From Octopus sinensis (lineage: Eukaryota): a stretch of 64,000 bases of DNA. Positions 1-12,926 of this stretch are shown here, in pieces. Both the position numbers and the translations under genes were made by a program. The stretch is taken from positions 76,322,001 through 76,386,000 of the forward strand of contig NC_043005.1 in assembly GCF_006345805.1 (NCBI RefSeq). Reading direction: 5' to 3'. How positions within the stretch are numbered: position 1 is the first letter of the stretch; each line of letters begins with the position of its first letter. The notes beneath the pieces are model-generated. The model saw only the letters and a program-made list of their open reading frames with translations. It ran no database searches and was not told where the DNA came from.

Positions 1-924
1 TATGTGTGTGTTTGTATATGTGTGTGTGTGATAAAATTAGAGCTAATTTAATTAGTGCAGCGAACCAAGAAATTTTAATTAATTGAAATTACGTGCATAG
101 GGGGAAGAAAGAACATAATGGATTTAGTGATTAAGTCTGTTCAAGAGAAGGGGGTGCAACAACTATCGTAATTTAGATTTTATATAATGGTGATAAAGTT
201 TGACTTCTGTTTAAATGTTGACAACTCAAGGCATGTTTTAGTCTTATTAGATCTCCTCAATAATTTTGATGCGACTCTACCTGTACTGTTCTCTCTCTCT
301 CTCCCTTTCGTTTTCTCTCTCATACTTTCTCTAATTCTTTTTTCTCCCATTCACCGTTTTCTATCTGTCGCTCTCTCTCTCTCTCCCGTTGCTCACACGT
401 GACCATCGTCCATGTTTCTTTTCCTCGCGTGATCATCTTTCTTTTTCTTCAGTCTCTCACACAGACCAGACCCATACTTATCTGGCTCCTCTCCTATCTC
501 TTCTCTTGTGAAAGAATATTCCTCCAACGTTTGATACCTTACCTCGTCTGGCCTAACGGCGCTCCATGTTTGTTTTCGTTTGGATTGTTGTGTTTCCACT
601 GTCCTGTTTTTGTTACCAACTTTAACCCTCCGCAAAATCCCAAATTTTATTTTGTTTCGCGGGAGCAACTGTTTTTCGAATCCTCATATTGCCGTTAATT
701 GCTCGAAATGTGGAGTAGATAAACAGCCGACTACTGATGAAGGGTCGTTCTTTATGTTACTTGTCTCGTTTTCCATTTGTTTCTCTCGTTGTTCGCATAC
801 CCAAGTTTGCTTTCGTATTTCATGTTGTTTTCGTATTTCGTAATTCGTTGTTTTCATAATTCAGGTTGTTTACGTTTAGTGACGCCTGTACCTACCTACC
901 TACCTACATACATACATACATACA

Positions 925-955
<31 letters not shown>

Positions 956-1089
956 TACATACATACATACATACATACATACACACACACATATATAACT
1001 AAGTATGTACATATATGTATGTATGTATGATATATTTTTTATCTATATTATTATATGATTGAACGTCACGCATTATTTCCAAGTAAGAT

Positions 1090-1135
<46 letters not shown>

Positions 1136-1232
1136 GTCTTTAATGTTTGGAGCCTACGCTCTTCCACAGAAAGGAACACAGAAGAAACAAGGAGAGAAAA
1201 AATGAGTGTAGTGGGTAGTAATCTATTATGGC

Positions 1233-1309
<77 letters not shown>

Positions 1310-1500
1310 CCATGATAGATTGTTAGCCACTATACACATTTTTTTCTCTCTTTGTTTCTCTCCTTGTTTTTTTTGGTCCCTTTCTGCAGAAGAGTGTAGG
1401 CTGGAAACGTAAAAGACTTTTTCTATTCCTGAGCGTTATACTAATACATCCGTTTGTTTTGTATACCACCTGTCCTCGTCTTCTGTTTTTTTCGTGAATT
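1136..1500. mobile_element. Inverted pair of Penelope-like pseudo-LTR fragments around a (TA)n core
   Basis: 1136-1232 (minus) and about 1306-1416 (plus) are reverse-complement homologues (CCTTTCTG..GAAGAG.GTAGGCT..AAAC.T.AAAGAC). Each carries a decayed hammerhead motif. A third copy lies at 52040-52150. Confidence 0.6.
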
Positions 1501-1506
1501 CTCCCT

Positions 1507-1589
<83 letters not shown>

Positions 1590-2139
1590 AATGTGAATTT
1601 ATATATGTTTGCATGCATGTATAAATGTATGTATGAATGTATTATGCATGTTAGTTCTTGATGATGCTCGTTCCAGTATATCATTATTCTATTTATATAG
1701 CCAACGGGTGGCTATTTTATTATTTTCTTTTTGCCGTTTCATACCAATTAAATAAGTCATTATTGAATTCGTAACTCCAAGAAAAATACACTTTATAGTT
1801 TCAGTTTCTTCCATAATTATAACTAATATGATTCTGTTTACCGTTTTCGATGTTGCTTTTCTTCAGTTCTTCTTTGCCGTTGTTGTTGATATTGTCGTGT
1901 TCAGCCATGTTGTTTGTAGCAAATCTTTGCAAAAGGAATCATTTATGGGGAAAATATTCACTAGATCTTGAATAAAAAGGTTTATTTTTTGCAACGAATG
2001 TGAATGGAAGAATGGCTGTTTAGTTTGGCAGTTGTAGCGTTAATAGCAGAGGAACCATTTATTGCATATTTATCGAATCATCTTTCACTGCGAGTAAGGA
2101 ATTGTTCCAACTATGTGTATATGCACATATGTGCATGCA

Positions 2140-2267
2140 CGCGTACATAACTATGTATGTATGTACGTATGTATATATGTATGTATTTATGTATGTATGT
2201 ATGTATGTATGTATGTATGTATGTATGTATGTATGTATGTATGTATGTATGTATGTATGTATGTATG
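2140..2267. repeat. (GTAT)n microsatellite
   Basis: Direct reading. Confidence 0.95.
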
Positions 2268-2419
2268 TTCTCTCCTATTTGAAATAATTTGAAATCTGTC
2301 TCTAAGGAAGGAGCTTGTTTCTAACAAAATTACAAAGCTGCATTATTGGAATGTTGGTAACAAAAACAAATTCATATTTTAACCTGGAGAAACGTCTTGC
2401 GTATTTTTATTGTTCTACT
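2268..2419 (-). mobile_element. 3' UTR relic of a (TACA)n-associated non-LTR retrotransposon
   Basis: Minus strand ATTCCAAT..GCAGCTTTG..GTTAGAAACAAGCTCCTTCC runs into (CATA)n. It resembles 14860-14975, and a sister copy lies at 4070-4250. Confidence 0.5.
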
Positions 2420-3173
2420 TACGAGGTCTGATCAATAAGTATCCGGACTGTTGCTGTGGTAACGAGGCTAAAGCATGTAGAATAAAGCCGCTTCGTACAG
2501 ATTGGCCTTGAAATCTGTCTTGCATGCGCACTACGTTTTAACGTTCCAGCTCACGTCCGTTGTTTACAGAAGTGCTTGAAAGGAAGGTGTGTAGCGTGTG
2601 ATTGTCGCAGAGAAAGTTGTCATGGCGTTACCTGCTCAGGCATGTGCATAGTTGTAGAAAATTTATAAAGAGGTGTGTATGAACCGCACACAAGTGTACG
2701 AGTGGTTCAGAGGTTTCCAAAATGACCGAGAAATGTCGATATTAATGAACATTCTTGGAGACCTACAACCAGCATACCTGAGAAAACATCGCAGATGTTC
2801 TTGCAGCTATGAGATGAAATATCGAATCACCACCCGCGAGTTATGAGATTATGCGCAGATTAGTTACGGTTCAGCTCAGTCCGTTATCACTGAAGATTTG
2901 GATATGAGGCGTCTGCCAAATTTGTGCCCAAACTTCTCTCATCTGACAAAAAAAGATACTCGGGTTTCAGTTGCACAAGACCTTGACTGTGACGAGAACG
3001 ATGAACACTTTATGAAAACTTTGCGTAGTCCTCTAAGCAGGTATCGCCAAGCTTTCGGCAAACTTTGATACAGGTTCTCTGCTCAACTTTCTTTGTCATG
3101 GTCAATGCGACGATCACAAGCTACATACCTTCCTTCCAAGCACTGCTGTAAACAGTGGAAGTGTAGCATTCAG
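2420..3173 (+). mobile_element. Non-autonomous mariner derivative (5' fold-back family), copy 1, right end truncated
   Basis: TA-CGAGGTCTGATCAATAAGTATCCGGAC terminus. Decayed transposase HTH region (..RTQVYEWFR.FQ..; ..ITEDLDMR..). From about 3015 an inverted copy of the element's own 5' end. Homologous to 52574-53467. Confidence 0.85.
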
Positions 3174-3224
3174 CAGTCAGTAGCCATTCCTAACCACTGG
3201 CAGCAACTATCCAACCCGTTGTAT

Positions 3225-3438
3225 AATCCTTTCTACTATAGGCACAAGGACTGACATTTGGGGAAGGGAGATAATCGATTACATCGACCCCATTGTTTTA
3301 CTGGTACTTAATTTATCGACCCGAAAAGATGAAAGGCAAAGTCGACCTCGGTGGAATTTGAACCTTTAACGTTGCGACAGGCGAAATACCGCTAAGCATT
3401 TCGACCAGCGTGCTAACGTTTCTGCCAGCACGCCGCCT
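3225..3438 (-). mobile_element. tRNA-derived SINE, family A (core GTCGACTTTGCCTTTCATCCTTTCGGGGTCGATAAA)
   Basis: Matches the many other copies in the window. Confidence 0.9.
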
Positions 3439-3698
3439 CATCTTGTCATATAATAACCAAGCAATGTGATTGAGTTTTACTAATGATCCAATATCAACCA
3501 AACACATTCAAAAGCAGTGAAAGCGTTGACATTCAGAAACAACAATCCGAACGGTCAGAAATATATTTCTCACTCATGGAAAACTGTAAACTGATCCCGA
3601 GTGACAGTGTTAATACAAATATACGCGAACTCAACAAAATGATTGAGTATGCTTTTCTTTCGTTTGCACACCTATCTCTTTAAGTATGTCTACAAAAA

Positions 3699-4022
3699 GG
3701 GTAAAGACCCTCTTCAGTCATGAATGATCGTGGCTTGCACCTAGAAGGTTCCCCTCCTACAATATTTATGAAAGACCAGCAGTTGCCCTTGCATATCAGT
3801 CACCCTTCTCCACGATATCGATGTTATCCAAGGGTAAGGCCAAAGTCCGATCCAGCTTGGCACCAGTGATGTCGCAACTCATTTCTACAGCTGAGTGAAC
3901 TGGAGCAACGTGAAATAAAAAAAACCTTACTCATGAACACAACAAACACCCGGTCCGGGAATTGAATTCATTGCCTCATGTTTGCGAGCCCGACGCTCTA
4001 ACTACTGAGCCATGCACCTTCA
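3699..4022 (-). mobile_element. tRNA-derived SINE, family D
   Basis: A-box TGGCTCAGTAG and tRNA-like head on the minus strand. Body homologous to 56857-57194. Confidence 0.85.
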
Positions 4023-4397
4023 TATACATGGATATATACATACATGTATGTTTATAGAATGTATGCATGTGAGTAATCTCCCTTCTATTTCTAATTATTT
4101 GAAGCCTTCCTATAAGGAAGGAACTCGTTTCAAACAAAGATTCAAGGGTCCAACGTTGGAATGAAGTACAAAACAAGAACAAAATGTTATTCTGAACTTG
4201 AGAAAAGTCTTTGCATATTTTATACTGCGCTGTATATAGACTGTATTTTCAAAGCGTGTGTTAGCTGAATGTTTGCCTCTGTCTTTGTCTGAATATATGT
4301 TTCTATTTATCTATGTATCTATCTATCTATGTATCTATCTTACATTTGTATTTGTCCCCTCTGTGTTCAGCCCTGTGTGACCAAAAAGGAAAGTTAT

Positions 4398-4576
<179 letters not shown>

Positions 4577-5059
4577 CGTCTATCTGTCTGTATATATACG
4601 TACTTACATAGACACACGTACATATATTGAAGTCAAACTATACTCAGGTCTATTGCGGGTTTACTTCATTATCATAATAATTGTCTTACCTACACTGACA
4701 TATTTTTTTCTAAGCGAACTAGAAACGTTTGACTGGCATTGATCCAATAACTTATTTTCAGGGTTAAACTTTCCGGGCAATGATATGAGGACCTCTCAGA
4801 ATGAAATAAAAATTGAAAACAACACTTTTCCTTCAATGTTTTCAACTATTCTTTTATGGGAACACTAACTAGAAAAATCAAAAGAACACAGGAAATGCAA
4901 TAATTCATTCTGGAGAATGACAAATAGTTAAAGAATGAAAACAAAACATAAAACAGAGAAAAACCTTTTGATCTGTTTGTGTATTACCGTGTAGCGGGTT
5001 AGGTTGTTGAATTTCATGAATGGAAGAAATATTATACATATATCATATAAATATGATAT

Positions 5060-5099
5060 ATGACGTGTGTGTGTGTATATGTGTGTGTGTGGGATATGG

Positions 5100-5157
<58 letters not shown>

Positions 5158-5645
5158 TGAGAGAGACAGAGAGAAAAAGAGATACACATGCACATACATC
5201 TGTATGCATGTATATACACATGTGCATATATATGTACGTGTACACACAGACACACACACACACACACATACACACACACACACACACACGCTTACACAGT
5301 GAGCAATTCATTGGTTCTGAAACGACTCGAACTCTATCTTCAAAGGAACAGCTGTGATATTGGTGTAAAAAGCCAAATCCTACAAACGAACAGATAAAAC
5401 TGCAATGAAAGCCAAGGCTATAAAGATAAATTCGAACTTAGAAGATTTCGCATTATTAAGTTGATAGATGGACAGACGGAAATTCCGTGTATGAAATTGC
5501 TAATATAATTTCATTTGCTTGCCATTTGCTCGAGGTTTTTGCCTATTTTATTGTCGGGTATTTTCTTTCCTCAAAAATATTACACTATTTGTCACTGTCT
5601 TTATCACTTTTTCTATTCCTATTTCTCTATGTCTATCTATATATG

Positions 5646-5686
<41 letters not shown>

Positions 5687-5691
5687 GTTGT

Positions 5692-5740
<49 letters not shown>

Positions 5741-5814
5741 ATGCATATATATATGTATATATATTCATGTATGTGTGTATTACACACGCACACAGACATA
5801 TATATTGTGTATAT

Positions 5815-5848
<34 letters not shown>

Positions 5849-5853
5849 CATAC

Positions 5854-5909
<56 letters not shown>

Positions 5910-6544
5910 TACATATATATACATATATGTATATATAAATGTATGTATATATATGTATGCATATATATATATGTTTTTCTCTATGGCTGTCTTGTTGACA
6001 CATTGCATTGTATTACCCTGTCTCTTTTGATCTCTTTCTCTTACACACACACACACACATGCACGCACAAAAACACATACCCATGCACACGTGTATGCGT
6101 GTATGCGTGTAAGCATACATGAAAATATGAATATTATGGATGTATGAATATATGTATGCGTGTATGTGTGTAAGCATTCATGGTTACACGTATATATATA
6201 TATATACGTGTCTGTGTGTGTGTATGTGTGTGTGTGTATGCATGTTTGTATGTGTGTCTGTGTGTGTGTTTGGAAAGAAATAGAGATAAGCAGAGTATAT
6301 GAAACAGTGAGGATATGAGAGAGATAGAGAGACAGTGAGAGATGCCGTTCGAGAGAATGGTGTCTCTATTTTTCTCGCTCCAGTTTCCTATTTCTACCCT
6401 CCAGTCTGCCTACCCGCCACGCTACCCACCTCTTTTTAACTATATATCTATGCATAGAAGTATGTATGTATGCAGAAATACACAGACACATATGTATGTG
6501 TATATATATATATATTTATATATGCACAAACTTCTATGTGCGGA

Positions 6545-6603
<59 letters not shown>

Positions 6604-6724
6604 CATATAAATATGTATATGTATACGCATATATATTTCTATGCGTATATATGTGTATATATTTAATGTATGTATGTATATATATCTATATATATATATG
6701 TATATGTATGTATATACTCAGATA

Positions 6725-6770
<46 letters not shown>

Positions 6771-6780
6771 TTCTTTATGG
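5060..6780. repeat. Compound (TA)n/(CA)n/(GA)n microsatellite region
   Basis: Direct reading. Source of many spurious Y/I/H/T/C/V ORFs. Confidence 0.9.
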
Positions 6781-7157
6781 TCTGCTTCGTCTTTCTGTCT
6801 CTCTCTTACTGCTAAGCACCATACACCGACGTTTATCTCCAAGTAAGGATATATCGATTTTGCATACTTTCAAGTCGATATTTTAACAAAATATGATAAA
6901 TAACAAATAGAGGCGATTATTTTTTTTTTATATATTAATCGTATTAGTATTTTTGAAATTCATTTACTTTCCTTTTTGATTTTTTTGTTGTTTTTTTTGC
7001 AAAAGGTTATTATAAGAAAAGAGAGACGATCACGTAGAAAAGACAATATCACGCACAAAAGGAACTAAATAATTCCATGTTACTAAGTCTGGATAGATTA
7101 TTTATGTATTTATTACTTTATAAATTGCTATGATATTTAATATAAGATAAATACTAT

Positions 7158-7192
<35 letters not shown>

Positions 7193-7289
7193 TATATGCG
7201 GGTAGTAAGTAAGGTTAATGGAAAAGTCAATTGGTTGACCTTTCATTAGCAGAGGTGGTTATCGTGAATTGTGTTCTTTATTTTTTTTC

Positions 7290-7585
7290 TTTTCCTTGTT
7301 TCACTCATTGGATTGCGGCCATGCTGAACTACCATCTGGAAGAGTTTAGTCGAACAAATTAATCCAAGTACTTAAAACATATAATCATTGTTACTTATAT
7401 TTATTCTATCGTCTCATGTTATGGGGATATAAACCAAGTAATACTAGTTGTCAAACGGTGGCAGGGATAGAGACTCAAAGGCACACACACACACAAACAC
7501 ACACTCATATAATACATACATACATATTTATAAAGGCGGTGCACTAGCATGGCCGTAGTCAAATGACTGAAACAAGTACAATACT
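7290..7585. mobile_element. SINE family B 3'-half fragments (minus copy plus a short plus-strand tail)
   Basis: GCGGCCATGCTG..; AAAGGCGGTGC.C.AGCATGGCCG.AGTCAAATGACTGAAACAAGTA. Confidence 0.8.
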
Positions 7586-7701
7586 ACAAGAATAAACGAT
7601 TATATATACACACTTAAATGTGGAACAACGAATGCGGTATGAATGTATGGATGTATGTATGTATGTATGTATGTATGATGTATGTATGTTTATGTATAGT
7701 A

Positions 7702-7769
<68 letters not shown>

Positions 7770-9312
7770 CTTAGTATGGGTATGTTTTTGAAAGGTACCA
7801 GGTTTAATTCCAATTTTATAACATGAGGTGTGGATGAGGTATGTATGTAACATCCACCTGTGCTACAAAGCCAATCCATTTCAGGTAAGATCACTACATG
7901 GTGTTGTATTTATTGTAACTGTCTGCAGTTTAAATGGCGCCGATGCTGCTTAAGGTTTTCTGTCGAAATTTAGAGCGAAAAATCGAAAAAAAAATTCCCA
8001 TTTTGACTCTCAATATACATCTACAAGAAAAGCTTTCCAGATATTGATAATCCAGAATCTCTCATAACGTCAGTAATTTACCAGTAGGAAATTCAAAGTT
8101 CCGTAAATACTTGACTAGTTTAAAGGTATCTTGCACAGGGCAGTAGTATGTATACTAATGTAATTGAACCTGTATTTCATTTTTTTTTAAAAGTAAATCT
8201 ATTATTTGTTTAATTTATAGTGTGTTGGCCAAAGTGACCACCCTTGGTTCTGAAAACTCAGAAATACAGAAAAGCTTTCAAACCAAAGTTTCCAGAAAAT
8301 CGATTACTGCTCATCTATAAGCCAGTCGTCTCATAACTCATCCACTTAAACATTTCACATCAATAGCTTTGGCTAATAATTAAGTAAAGCCTATAAATTT
8401 TATTTCAAATGCACAGGGGATAAACGGTATGTTAATTCTAACGTTTGGTTTGCTTTATAGCGACGTAAGAAGTTTAAATTAATTAGAAGTTTATGTCTTT
8501 CCAAAGGACAACCAAAGACAGCTTCTGCGATATCTAATTTTCATCTTTCATCTCTAGAAAGTATTGTGATAAGTATTCACCTTGGGATTTTATAATATTT
8601 TACTCAACATACAGAAAAAGGGCAACAAATCGATTTGAAATATTAAATGTGGAAACAAAATAACATTTTGAATTACGTATCTTTAATGGTACTTCGGAAA
8701 GAAAAAGAGACAATCATAAGAAATCATTTTAATATACTTTCCTCCCACATGTAAATTATAGACAAACGTATAATTACACAGCTTACATACATACGTACAT
8801 ACATACATGTATACATACATACATATGTATATATATACTTACAAAAATAGAAATACTCACATAGACACACACACACATGGTAATTTATGGTAATTTGGCT
8901 ATATGCAGTTTTGAAATTTAAATGAACTATGTATCACAATTATGTAATAATTCAATTTCTGGTGCTTATCTTATTGAAACAGCTGTTGAATACAAAGTAA
9001 GAATTATATGTGAAATTGATACATTTCTGCTAAATATATTACTCTGTGTGTGTGTGTCTGTGTCTGTGTCTGTGTTTGTGTGTGTCTGTATATATATATA
9101 TATACAAAATATATGTGCGTTTTTTCCAGTGTTTACTAAAAACACGGAAAAAATAAATAAACAGTTACCAGGGTAGCAAAAATTCACGCAAGTAACAAAG
9201 ATGTAACAGCCTATTTGTAAAGGTAGAAACTCCAGGTTTAGGTGAAATGTTTCGTATAATATAGATATATAAATAAATGGAGTTAAACGCAGGTGTTATT
9301 CAAATTCTTTTA

Positions 9313-9397
9313 CTTCCGACATATGTTTCGAAGACAACATTGGTATTATTCCAGAAGGAGTAAAATGGTGTAAAACAATGTAATCTTATCAGGGAAA
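9313..9397 (-). ncRNA. Type I hammerhead-like motif in a PLE remnant (long stem II, decayed core)
   Basis: Minus strand: TTTCC-CTGATAA-GATTACATTG...CAATGTTGTCTTC-GAAA-CATATG-TC-GGAAG. Palindromic stem III ACATATGT, GUC triplet. Confidence 0.65.
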
Positions 9398-9501
9398 GAA
9401 AGAAACCAAACACATTAATAAGATATTTTAACAGAATGTGATAAATGCGTATACGAAGGGAACGCTTTTAAGTTAAAAAAAAAACCCTTATATATATATT
9501 A

Positions 9502-9537
<36 letters not shown>

Positions 9538-9766
9538 TGAGGGGGGATTATGAGAGGTAATAATGTCAATACGACCCAAAGTCGTCAGGTAATGCTGGGT
9601 GAGTGCTATGGATTGACTATAGTTAAACTCCAGGTTCGGTGATTATGCGAATAGGAAGTCCAATGCAGGTCATATATCAGCATGTGTATATATAAAAAAT
9701 TGTGTTTCAGAATGCGATAAAAAAAAACAAAGGCTGTGAAGACTTTAGAACATTTATAAATAGAAG

Positions 9767-9815
9767 GTCTTACAGCTGTTTCCAAGGATATTTATTATAT
9801 GCCTTCATCGGAGAC
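9767..9815 (-). ncRNA. Type I hammerhead motif, CCGAUGA core
   Basis: Minus strand: GTCT-CCGATGA-AGGCATATAATAAATATCCTTG-GAAA-CAGCTG-TA-AGAC. Confidence 0.7.
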
Positions 9816-9982
9816 GGTGTGAGAGGATGGTTAAGAAATAGTTAATTTAGATAAGCTATGAAACAGAGTTCAGTGGGTTTTTTATCTATTCTGAAAAGAA
9901 TTATATATATATATATATATATACATACATACATACGCACACACACGACCACACTCATATAGTATATATATAATACATATAT

Positions 9983-10016
<34 letters not shown>

Positions 10017-10343
10017 GTTATCGCCATACTAATATGGCATTTATAGAAAATAAGAAAAAAGTGTCTCGCTTTATTAGCTCATGAGGCCATCGCTTAAGTT
10101 AGCTATTTGATACACAAACTGTATCCATATAACCTTCGAACAAGGGAGGTCAGTCGCCTCCACACTACTTGACCGGTAGCTGCCGGTCAAGTAGTGTGTG
10201 GAGCGACTGATCCTCCCTGTTCGAAGGTTTATGGATACAGTTTGTTGTATCAAATAGCCTAACTTAAGGCGATGCATAATGGAGATAATAAGCGGACAGC
10301 TTTTGTCTTATTTTATAAGAATGCCATATTAGTATGGCGTAAC
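10017..10343. mobile_element. 327-bp whole-length palindrome flanked by TA (fold-back MITE-like)
   Basis: TA|GTTATCGCCATACTAATATGGCA...TGCCATATTAGTATGGCGTAAC|TA, symmetric around CCGGTAGCTGCCGG at about 10173-10186. Confidence 0.8.
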
Positions 10344-10404
10344 TATTATTTTCCGGAACGCTGCCGCTGTTCTCTTTTAGAGGACTTAGTTATTTTAATA
10401 TTTC

Positions 10405-10483
<79 letters not shown>

Positions 10484-10639
10484 ATATTATATAATATATA
10501 TACCCACACAACACACACATATATTATATATAATATATATATACAGATATATATGTACATATTATATATACTATATATATGTATAATATATATATATACA
10601 TAATATATATATATTATATGTGTGTGTGTGTGTATTTTA

Positions 10640-10840
10640 TGTGTTTGTTCCCATCCCCAACATCGCTTGACAGTCGGTGGTGTGTTTATGTCCCCGTAAC
10701 TTAGCAGTTCGGTAAAAGAGACCGATAGAATAAGTACTAAACTTACAAAGAATAAGTCCTCCGGTCGATTTCTTCGACTAAAATCCTTTAAGGCGGTGCT
10801 CCAGCATGGCTGCAATCAAATGACTGAAACGTGTAATAAA
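10640..10840 (+). mobile_element. SINE family B 3' half
   Basis: CAACATCGCTTGAC..GTCCCCGTAACTTAGC.GTTCGG..AAAGAGACCGATAGAATAAGTACT. Confidence 0.9.
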
Positions 10841-11056
10841 ACACACACATACACACAAACACACATATATACATCCATACATGCCTACATACATACATAC
10901 ATGCACATCGGTCCTACTAACATGTACTGTTGAAAATTAACAACCTTTCGAGTTCTTAAATTCTATGAATCTAGTTTTTGATGTGTATATACCAATTCTC
11001 TCTTCCACACCTTCCTTTGTCTCTGTCTGTCTGTCTGTCTCTCTCTATATGTGTGT

Positions 11057-11114
<58 letters not shown>

Positions 11115-11925
11115 TGTACGTACATGCACATATAAATATAAAATAAATAAATAAATAAATCTTTGAAAATTTCAGTTTTAACAGGAAATGTCTCCGCATG
11201 TACTTTGGATGTTACATCTTTCAAATGTATGTGTATATGTATTGTGTACGTGTGTGAGTATGCGGATCAGAATATATACATACATGTTTTAGCGTGTGAC
11301 TGGGATGTGTGTGTATGTATAAGTGTTCGTCTGTATTTGGTTGAGAAGGAACATTTCTGAAAGACATTAGAATAGAGGACGGAAATTTAAAAATTTTATT
11401 TTTACGTCATACGATTTTTACTCCATCTTGCTTAACACAACTTGTCATTCACTCTCCTCATCCTTTCTGAAGTTAATCTTTACTTTCTTTTTAACTTTTC
11501 TCTCCCTCTTAGCATTGCATTCTAGCGAGAACAGATACGATATGTATGTATGTATGAGTATTATGTGTGTGTATGTGTAGTATGATGTATGTATGTATGT
11601 ATGTATGATATGTATGTAGGTATTGTGTGTGTGGTGTATGTATGTATGTATGTAGTAGTGTGTGGTTTTTTGTGTGATGTATGTAGGTATGTATGTATGT
11701 ATGTATGTATGAGAGTTGTATGTAGGTAGGGGTGTGTTGCATTTACTATAACAACGAAATTTATGATAGAGATTAATGAAGAAACTTGACTGTGATTCAG
11801 CAGTCACAGCAATAGAGTAGAAGTATATACTCTAGCGAATCGACTTCGGATTTCAGTCTCTTACTCTTTTGAAACCATTTCATTGTTCCTAGAAATTGAA
11901 TATGTAGGTATGTACCTATATATAT

Positions 11926-11961
<36 letters not shown>

Positions 11962-12926
11962 CATTTCATTCATTCTTCCCTGGTAGGTATAGATCTGAAT
12001 GAAAACAATAAGTTGCTATATTGAGTTAGAAGTTTAATGGTTGGAACCAGCACGAACAATAAATACTTCTGCTGCCTTTGAAAACAGTTTTCTTTCTTTT
12101 TCTTTAATGGCTTAGAGGAGAGAACTCGGGGGCCATTAACTGTTTGTAAGGTTACTGAAACTGGTTTAAGAAAAGAAGAAATAGACCAAGACTCATGAAT
12201 TTTCTATAGCAGAAAATATTTCATCAACATATTGAGTTACCCTAAGATCAGACATTAACTTGTTCCGAATTTTTGTAACGAAGCTGAACCCACAAAATTA
12301 CCCAAGCGACAAGTGGTGATGTTAAAGCTGGGTAGAGATTAGGACAACCACTGAAGATTGTTATCACGTAATTAATTCCTACTCTATAAATAAATGTTTG
12401 TGATTATGCATAATTCAGAGACTGATGTATTTCTATGTATATTTGTAAGCATTGAATTCCTGGCTTAGTCATACTCTTGGTACGGTGTACTGTCCATGCA
12501 TTTCCGATACTTTTCCGATGCATATTAACGCCATGAGAGAAGTGAAAGAACTTTTGTTCTTATACGGGGATTGCTCTATGTAAGATTACATAGAGATTAC
12601 ATAGCGATTGCTTGTCAGTAGCATTTCTGATTTTTCATCCATGACATCTCAGATGAATATTCAGTCACGTTGTAGAACTGTTTTGTGTGAAAGATTGGTG
12701 AGAGACGAGAGTTGTAAGTTACCGTGCACTTCCAATTGGTTCGATCTGCACATTGCTATAAGACTTTTAGTAGATGGAATGGCAAACGAGGTCACCATAA
12801 AGGAACATCTGTACGTAATTGGGTTACAATGACAAATTTGTGCAACATGTGTGTCACTCTCCGAGTCCTCGTAATTATTGTCCGGCTAAAGTGAGATAAC
12901 CTCTAATCAGAGGAAACTGCATGTTT

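Noticed and set aside
393-860. 91-aa minus ORF and a CTGATGA at 734-740 as a hammerhead
   Set aside because: There is no downstream stem II-GAAA. Part of the region resembles 22840-22900, so it is probably a dispersed repeat remnant, but its class cannot be supported.
4758-8330. Acceptor-led short open frames at about 4762 and 8221 as terminal exons
   Set aside because: They are 33-36 codons long with no donor or recognisable product, which is expected by chance in AT-rich sequence
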